Origin: a virus
Taxonomy: Duplodnaviria > Caudoviricetes
Direction: 5' to 3' (one strand)
Length of the DNA stretch: 40,535 bases
IMG/VR virus record: IMGVR_UViG_3300032218_002385
Span: 1-40,535 of that record
Shown: positions 34,918 to 40,535 of the stretch, piece by piece
How the letters are laid out: each line of letters begins with the position of its first letter
Numbering within the stretch: position 1 is the first letter of the stretch
Made by a program: the position numbers and the translations under genes
The notes under the pieces: generated by a model
Told to the model about the DNA's origin: nothing
The model's input: the letters and a program-made list of their open reading frames with translations, nothing else
Database searches by the model: none

Positions 34918-35804
34918 TAGAGATTACAATTAGCAGTCCGTACTTTGTTGCAGATAAAAATTCAATACTGCTTACAGACGCTAACTTTAACCACTATTTA
35001 AATACCCCGGAGCAGTTTCATACAAGCCTCGGGGATATCACTGTCAGGAACTTACTAAAAATTGCCGAGCGCAGATGTAAGTTTATTTTTATCAACGACG
35101 GGTTTGATAACAATTTATTGTTGTTCGAAAAAACAAAAATATTTTTAAATTCTATATACGATACACACAACGTCATTGGATATGTACGACCGGGGCCAAT
35201 GACATTTTCAGAGCCATCTGTGCCTGTTCTTGCAGAACCTGGGATATGGGTTTTTGGTTGTAGCTTGAGTGCCGGAGTAGGCGTCGAAGCCAATGAAGTA
35301 TACTCGGCAAAGCTAGGGCAATCAGTGGGGCTACCAGTTACCACTGTTGCAAAAATAGGAAGTAGCACACAGTGGAGTTTAAGACAACTACTAAACGCCA
35401 ATCTACAAGCCCAAGATATTGTAATTTGGCAATTAACCACCATTGAACGTTTTACTGTAAAGCAACCTGGTGCTTGGCCAAAAGAAGTCATGCTCAAGGA
35501 TCAACCTAGAGAAATTGTAGTGTCAACAACAGACGAGCAACTTTGGTTTGACCAGATTAGTTTAGTCGAGTACGGTGTAAAATACTTGCGAACAGCCGGG
35601 ATTAAATTTTATATGGTTAGTTTGGATAGCAAAAGTCCAGTTCTGGACCGTTGCTTGGAACAGTATACCCGTTATCCAGAATACTGCTATGTACCGGACT
35701 GGCAAGTTGATTTAGGAACTGACGGTTTACATCCAGGTCCCGAGAGCCATCATTTGCTTTACCAATTCTTAAAGAAAAAAATTATGCTGACCCAAAGATG
35801 TTAA
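34914..35804 (+). CDS. SGNH/GDSL-like hydrolase (acyl-esterase/transferase fold)
   Basis: Block I-like VFGCSLSAGVG, block II-like AKIGSS and block V DGLHPG. It has an ATGA overlap with gp55. Confidence 0.65.
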   Translation: MIEITISSPYFVADKNSILLTDANFNHYLNTPEQFHTSLGDITVRNLLKIAERRCKFIFINDGFDNNLLLFEKTKIFLNSIYDTHNVIGYVRPGPMTFSEPSVPVLAEPGIWVFGCSLSAGVGVEANEVYSAKLGQSVGLPVTTVAKIGSSTQWSLRQLLNANLQAQDIVIWQLTTIERFTVKQPGAWPKEVMLKDQPREIVVSTTDEQLWFDQISLVEYGVKYLRTAGIKFYMVSLDSKSPVLDRCLEQYTRYPEYCYVPDWQVDLGTDGLHPGPESHHLLYQFLKKKIMLTQRC

Positions 35805-35829
35805 CATTTTTCATTTAGTATGCTATACT
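35801..35829 (+). promoter_or_regulatory. Sigma70-like promoter TTAACA-N17-TATACT (extended -10 TG) upstream of gp47
   Basis: -35 at 35801-35806, TG at 35821-35822, -10 at 35824-35829. The ATG is 7 nt later with no SD sequence. Confidence 0.7.
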
Positions 35830-35836
35830 GTGTGCT

Positions 35837-36853
35837 ATGGCTAACTTATTCAACAAAGCAATACTATTCACCGATATACATTTCGGTCTTAAATCCAACA
35901 GCTTGATTCATAATTCTGATTGCGAAGAGTTTGTGTCGTGGGCAATCAAACTGGCTAAAAAAGAAGGATGCGAAACTGGCTTCTTCCTGGGAGACTGGCA
36001 TCATCATCGAGCCAGTTTGAATTTGCAAACTATGAACTTTAGTTTGCGTAGCCTAGAGAGACTAAGCCAGGCGTTCGATAAATTTTTCTTTATACCAGGA
36101 AACCACGATCTCTACTATCGCGACAAACGAGATATTCACAGTGTTGAATGGGCCAAACATTTACCTAACATTCATATTTGTAACGATTTTATAAAAATGG
36201 ATGATGTAGTTATTGCGCCCTGGTTGGTAGGTGATGATTACAAAAAAATTCAAAAATTAAGTGCCAAGTATATGTTTGGACACTTCGAGCTACCGCACTT
36301 TAAGATGAATGCCATGGTCGAAATGCCTGATCATGGTGAACTCAAAGTTGATAATTTTACCGGGTTCGAAGAAGTCTTTTCTGGTCACTTCCATCTAAGA
36401 CAAAAGAAACGCAATGTTAATTACATTGGCAATTGTTTCCCGCATAACTTTGCCGATGCCGGTGACGAGCAGAGAGGTGCTACTATACTTAACTGGGGAT
36501 CAGCTCCAGAGTATCATGCATGGCCCAAGCAACCGTTGTATCGTGTATTAAATTTAAGTCAGGTAATTGACAATCACGCTAACTTACTTTCTGACAGAAT
36601 GCACATTCGTGTGCAACTGGATATTGAGATTAGCTACGAAGAAGCCAGCTACATTAAAGATACTTTTGTTCAACAATATAATCTAAGAGAAATGGCATTA
36701 ATTCCCAGCAGAAGCAGCGAAGTAAGTGAAAATATGGTAACAGGAGATGTACACTTTGAATCAGTTGATCAGATTGTCATTGACCAGATTACCAGAATTG
36801 AAAGCGAATTTTATGATCCTGCTCTGTTACTTCACATCTACAACACACTTTAA
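35837..36853 (+). CDS. gp47: Recombination nuclease subunit (Mre11/SbcD, T4 gp47-like)
   Basis: Metallophosphoesterase motifs TDIHFG, LGDWHH, PGNHD, GHFE and SGHFH. Confidence 0.95.
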   Translation: MANLFNKAILFTDIHFGLKSNSLIHNSDCEEFVSWAIKLAKKEGCETGFFLGDWHHHRASLNLQTMNFSLRSLERLSQAFDKFFFIPGNHDLYYRDKRDIHSVEWAKHLPNIHICNDFIKMDDVVIAPWLVGDDYKKIQKLSAKYMFGHFELPHFKMNAMVEMPDHGELKVDNFTGFEEVFSGHFHLRQKKRNVNYIGNCFPHNFADAGDEQRGATILNWGSAPEYHAWPKQPLYRVLNLSQVIDNHANLLSDRMHIRVQLDIEISYEEASYIKDTFVQQYNLREMALIPSRSSEVSENMVTGDVHFESVDQIVIDQITRIESEFYDPALLLHIYNTL

Positions 36854-38010
36854 TGTTTAGTCAATCTGTTATTGATCGTGTCCAAGAAAAATTTGGTTAT
36901 ACGTCTGTAGACAACATCAACTTGGCCGAATACGAATTTAATCACTGGGACGCATTGTATCGTCGCTTGGAAAAGCTAAAGCGTACAAAATGGCAGCCCA
37001 ATGAAAAAATATTCATACATCAGTTTGATACTCAATTTTTTCTTGGCAGTACTGGATTTTCAATTTATAATTTTAATTTGATAATACAGCATCTTGATAT
37101 TGATCCTTCGGTATTTGTTATCTTGACCACTTACTATAAGAGTCAAGACTCTTGGTTGCAGTATTGCAATCATCCCAACAATCAGTTCCAGGTGTTAGAT
37201 TTACCGTTTACCGAATATCTTATGCCTGACAGCACAATGTTTCAATCGTTTACTGATAACTGTAACTATCATTTTAATGTAATGATTGGAATGGAAAGAG
37301 TCCACCGTAAACTGTTGGCCAAATTCTTAATAAAAAATAATCTTGTTGAAAAAAATATTGTTAAAATTAATTTAATCAACAACCCTGAGATGTTTACCCA
37401 CACAGTTGAACCATTGGATCCTGCACTGGGTCTTAGGTTTTTAACAACAGACCCAATAGTGGTATCAAACGAACATTGGATTCACAGTAAATTTTTATCT
37501 GACCTGCATCTATCAATGGATCAGATACCCAGTGTGACTAATTCAAAAATATCAGATTATACATCGTTCGCTACCGTGTATCAGCAAAATGATCGCAAGA
37601 TAACTTTTTCTGTACAAAGAAATTGGACTGCATGCGATTGGTATCAGGAAGTGTTTGTTGACATTGTGCCGGAGACCGTGTACAATTATCCATACGCTTG
37701 TTTTAGTGAAAAAATAATGCGACCCATAGTAGCAGGACGTCCGTTTATTCTTTTTGGTGCTGCACACACATTAGAATTTTTGCATCACCTGGGATTCCAG
37801 ACGTTTGACGACTACTGGGACGAATCATACGACGGCATGACTGACCCAAATCAACGTTTTGAAATGTTGTGTTCGGTCGTGCAAGAAATTGCAAGTTGGC
37901 CAATTGATCTGTGCCGGAAACATTTACAATCAATGAAATCTATATTCCAGCACAATCAGGAAATCTATAAACGTATTATAACAAATCAAGTTGACTATGT
38001 TACAAATTAA
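36853..38010 (+). CDS. Glycosyltransferase-like protein (GT-B/GT10-like C-terminus)
   Basis: VDIVPET...FSEKIMRPIVAGRPFILFG...LGFQTFDDYWDESYD resembles the E-(N/T)...(T/S)EK motif of alpha-1,3-fucosyltransferase-like proteins. It is coupled to both neighbours. Confidence 0.55.
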   Translation: MFSQSVIDRVQEKFGYTSVDNINLAEYEFNHWDALYRRLEKLKRTKWQPNEKIFIHQFDTQFFLGSTGFSIYNFNLIIQHLDIDPSVFVILTTYYKSQDSWLQYCNHPNNQFQVLDLPFTEYLMPDSTMFQSFTDNCNYHFNVMIGMERVHRKLLAKFLIKNNLVEKNIVKINLINNPEMFTHTVEPLDPALGLRFLTTDPIVVSNEHWIHSKFLSDLHLSMDQIPSVTNSKISDYTSFATVYQQNDRKITFSVQRNWTACDWYQEVFVDIVPETVYNYPYACFSEKIMRPIVAGRPFILFGAAHTLEFLHHLGFQTFDDYWDESYDGMTDPNQRFEMLCSVVQEIASWPIDLCRKHLQSMKSIFQHNQEIYKRIITNQVDYVTN

Positions 38011-39754
38011 AACTATTACCGCACGTAACTTTCTCAGTATTGGTAACGCTACTCAGTCTGTCAATTTTGACCGACGAGATCTTACACTAGTACTTGGAGA
38101 AAACTTAGACTTAGGTGGTGACGGTGCCCGTAACGGAGTAGGCAAAACTGCTATTCTCAACGCACTCAGCTATGCGCTGTACGGCCAGGCACTTACTAAT
38201 ATTCGCAAAGATAATTTAATCAACAAAACCAATGCCAAGCACATGTTGGTCACATTAGATTTTAATTTTAACGGCCACGACTATAGAATTGAACGAGGCC
38301 GGAAGCCCAACATATTACGATTTTTTATTGACAGTGAAGAAAAAGTTGCCAGTGATAATTCACAAGGCGATTCAAGAGAAACACAAACTGCAATTGAACG
38401 CATGTTGGGCATGAGCCCTGACATGTTTCGACATGTAGTGGCTCTCAACACTTACACTGAACCGTTTTTAAGTTTGAAAGCAAACGAACAACGTACTATC
38501 ATTGAACAATTGCTGGGCATTACCATGCTGAGTGAACGTGCCGAAAAGATCAAAGAATTAAACAGACAAACCAAAGACGGCATTACACAAGAGGAGTTTC
38601 GCATTCGCGCTGTACAAGAAGCCAACAAGCGAATTGAAGAACAAATTGAAGCATTGCGTAAGCGTCAGAAGATGTGGACCAACAAGCAGACAGAAGATGT
38701 CGGCAAGCTCAATTCAGCTATTGTAAGTCTGGAACACATAGATATCGAAGCGGAACTTGCTGCACACAAGGCCTTGACAGAATACAACAATCTGTTTAAA
38801 GAACGTGCTGATGCAACCAAATCATTGACCAGAGCCCGGCTTGATCAGGACCGAGAACGCAAGACTTCAGACAAGTTAGCAGCAGAAGTAGCTGCATTGT
38901 TAGAACACAAGTGCCACGCATGCGGACAGGACCTGCATGACGACAAGCACGAAGCTATTATTGCTGTCAAGCAGGATGAATTTGATAAAGCCTGTGTTGA
39001 AGTTGACTTGCTGGGTGTTGGTATTATGGAGTTGGAGAACGAATTAGAAGACTTAGGCGAAACTGGCCCACCTCCGATCGTATTTTACGATACGCTAGAA
39101 GATGCACTTAATCATCGCAACAGCCTTGAAGCACTTCGCAAGGAACTTACAACACGATCAGCAGAAACAGATCCGTATGGCGAGCAAATTGTTGACATGC
39201 AAAATCAAGCCTTGCAAGAAGTCAGTTACAGCCACATGAACGAATTAACACGCCTGCAGGAACATCAAGATTTCTTACTTAAATTATTAACCAACAAAGA
39301 TAGTTTTATACGTAAGAAAATTATTGAACAAAATCTTAGTTATTTGAACACACGGCTCACTCACTATCTAGATCGAATTGGATTGCCGCATACAGTGGTA
39401 TTTCAAAACGATCTTACAGTCAGTATCGAAGAGCTGGGACGAGAATTAGATTTTGATAATCTCAGCCGTGGCGAGAGAAACCGATTGATCTTGAGTATGT
39501 CATGGGCATTTCGAGATGTGTTTGAAAGTTTATATCAACCGATCAATGTACTGTTTATTGACGAAATGATTGACTCTGGCCTAGACACACAAGGTGTAGA
39601 AAATGCACTGGGTCTATTAAAACAGATGAGTCGAGAAAGACAAAAAAGTATTTGGTTAGTGAGTCATCGTGACGAGCTGGCAGGTCGTGTAGAAAATATC
39701 TTGCGTGTGGTTAAAGAGAATGGATTCACAAGTTATAACACAGAGATTGAATGA
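37997..39754 (+). CDS. gp46: Recombination ATPase subunit (Rad50/SbcC, T4 gp46-like)
   Basis: Contains RNFLSIGN, Walker A NGVGKT, a coiled coil with zinc hook CHAC, signature LSRGE, Walker B FIDE and H-loop VSH. The ATG at 37997 is preferred as start. Confidence 0.95.
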   Translation: MLQIKTITARNFLSIGNATQSVNFDRRDLTLVLGENLDLGGDGARNGVGKTAILNALSYALYGQALTNIRKDNLINKTNAKHMLVTLDFNFNGHDYRIERGRKPNILRFFIDSEEKVASDNSQGDSRETQTAIERMLGMSPDMFRHVVALNTYTEPFLSLKANEQRTIIEQLLGITMLSERAEKIKELNRQTKDGITQEEFRIRAVQEANKRIEEQIEALRKRQKMWTNKQTEDVGKLNSAIVSLEHIDIEAELAAHKALTEYNNLFKERADATKSLTRARLDQDRERKTSDKLAAEVAALLEHKCHACGQDLHDDKHEAIIAVKQDEFDKACVEVDLLGVGIMELENELEDLGETGPPPIVFYDTLEDALNHRNSLEALRKELTTRSAETDPYGEQIVDMQNQALQEVSYSHMNELTRLQEHQDFLLKLLTNKDSFIRKKIIEQNLSYLNTRLTHYLDRIGLPHTVVFQNDLTVSIEELGRELDFDNLSRGERNRLILSMSWAFRDVFESLYQPINVLFIDEMIDSGLDTQGVENALGLLKQMSRERQKSIWLVSHRDELAGRVENILRVVKENGFTSYNTEIE

Positions 39755-39782
39755 ACATAATTTTAAGTTTGACCAAAGACGT

Positions 39783-39790
39783 CATAACTA
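39783..39790 (+). promoter_or_regulatory. Late promoter-like CATAACTA
   Basis: One-mismatch variant of the CATAAATA motif, 6 nt before the GIY-YIG ATG. Confidence 0.45.
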
Positions 39791-39796
39791 TGCAAT

Positions 39797-40225
39797 ATGA
39801 CATGGCAATACCAAGGAGAGATAATCAATGAACTACCCGAAGATGCTGTTGGGTTTGTCTACTTGATCACCAATATTGCAACTGGCAAGATGTATGTGGG
39901 CAAGAAGCTCGCAAAGTTTGCTAAGACCTCATACAAAGTAGTAAAATTAAAGAATGGCACTAAAAAACGTAAAAAAATTAAATCAAAAATAGATTCTGAC
40001 TGGCAACAATACTACGGCAGCTCTCCCAATCTCACAGAAGACGTCAACCAGCAGGGCACAGACAATTTCAAACGCGAAATATTATACTACTGTAAATCAA
40101 AATCCGAATGCTCGTACATAGAAGCACGTGAACAATTTTCACGTCGAGTACTTGAATCTGATGACTACTACAATGGTCATATTCAAGTACGTGTACATGG
40201 ATCACACATAAAAAATAAAATTTAA
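39797..40225 (+). CDS. Compact GIY-YIG family nuclease-like protein
   Basis: GFVYLITNIATGKMYVGKK, YYGSS, FKREIL, catalytic-type E in YIEAREQ, and YYN. It has a Lys-rich insertion and no C-terminal DNA-binding domain. Confidence 0.8.
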   Translation: MTWQYQGEIINELPEDAVGFVYLITNIATGKMYVGKKLAKFAKTSYKVVKLKNGTKKRKKIKSKIDSDWQQYYGSSPNLTEDVNQQGTDNFKREILYYCKSKSECSYIEAREQFSRRVLESDDYYNGHIQVRVHGSHIKNKI

Positions 40226-40273
40226 ATCAGCAGTACCATCAACTTTACAGGCAACGATCGGCAGTAACGACCA

Positions 40274-40535
40274 GCACCAGTTAACTTCGGGTGCCCTAAA
40301 CCTGGACGAAAGTCTCAGGGATGGAAGTCTTCTCGCTGCAAGAAGCACTCAATCACTATCCGTAACAGGACGAGGATCGCGAACTGCTGCGGTTTGATTG
40401 TTTGAAAAGATAAAACAAAGCAAAAAGAGGGACAGTGAATTCCCAGATTTATACATATGACTGCGTATGTGTATAAATTGCCGTTGTATAAGACGGAGCT
40501 CGAGGTACAGGACAACCGCCTCTGTAATGCTCTAA
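40274..40535 (+). ncRNA. Candidate large structured non-coding RNA (3' end probably beyond the window)
   Basis: About ten consecutive stems: GCACC/GGTGC, CCTG-GAC-GAAA-GTC-T-CAGG (GNRA loop), CTTCT/AGAAG, TCC/GGA, ATCGC/GCGGT, TTGTTT/AAACAA, GGGA/TCCC, a 13-bp stem at 40447-40478, CCGTT/GACGG, and GAGGT/GCCTC nested in GAGC/GCTC. No credible ORF is present. The G-U pairs favour the + strand. Confidence 0.7.

Noticed and set aside
938-40225. No called gene ends in TAG, suggesting possible amber recoding
   Set aside because: All genes, including the 14-kb ORF, are intact in the standard code with no fragmentation, so this is ordinary stop-codon preference.
40348-40362. CTCAATCACTATCCG loosely resembles the group I intron R element, and a GIY-YIG gene is adjacent
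   Set aside because: GACTA is replaced by CACTA, no matching S element (AAGATATAGTC) is visible, and no interrupted host gene is evident since gp46 ends intact. It cannot be fully excluded because the window is truncated.
40447-40478. 13-bp hairpin as an intrinsic terminator
   Set aside because: The stem is AT-rich, has no U-tract on either strand and is embedded among other hairpins.
40315-40515. 66-aa minus-strand ORF in the terminal region
   Set aside because: It has a non-ATG start, no RBS and no recognisable motif. The region is better explained by RNA structure on the + strand.

Overview
This window is part of a large T4-related (myovirus/jumbo-type) bacteriophage genome read in the standard genetic code. 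The minus strand (33860 to 1) holds a baseplate/tail module: a tube-initiator-like protein, gp53-like LysM protein, hub protein, gp5-like spike with a lysozyme-like C-terminal domain, gp25, gp6, a 4654-aa gp7-like giant, an unlisted 44-aa miniprotein, and fibre proteins. After an intrinsic terminator, a separately promoted operon follows with three GT-A glycosyltransferase-like genes, a P-loop/sulfotransferase-like gene and a radical SAM gene (1-933, missing from the ORF track). The plus strand (33976 to 40225) holds a gp55-like late sigma factor, an SGNH hydrolase, gp47, a glycosyltransferase-like insertion, gp46 and a compact GIY-YIG protein. These are followed by at least 260 nt of densely structured non-coding sequence running off the window end, a candidate large ncRNA that may act with the GIY-YIG protein. 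Other signals are TAA(A/G/C)TA late promoters, a bipartite GCCGTTTTT-N7-ATAAATA motif, several apparently leaderless transcripts and a ~95-aa module shared by two tail proteins. All family calls come from motif recognition by eye, with no database searches.
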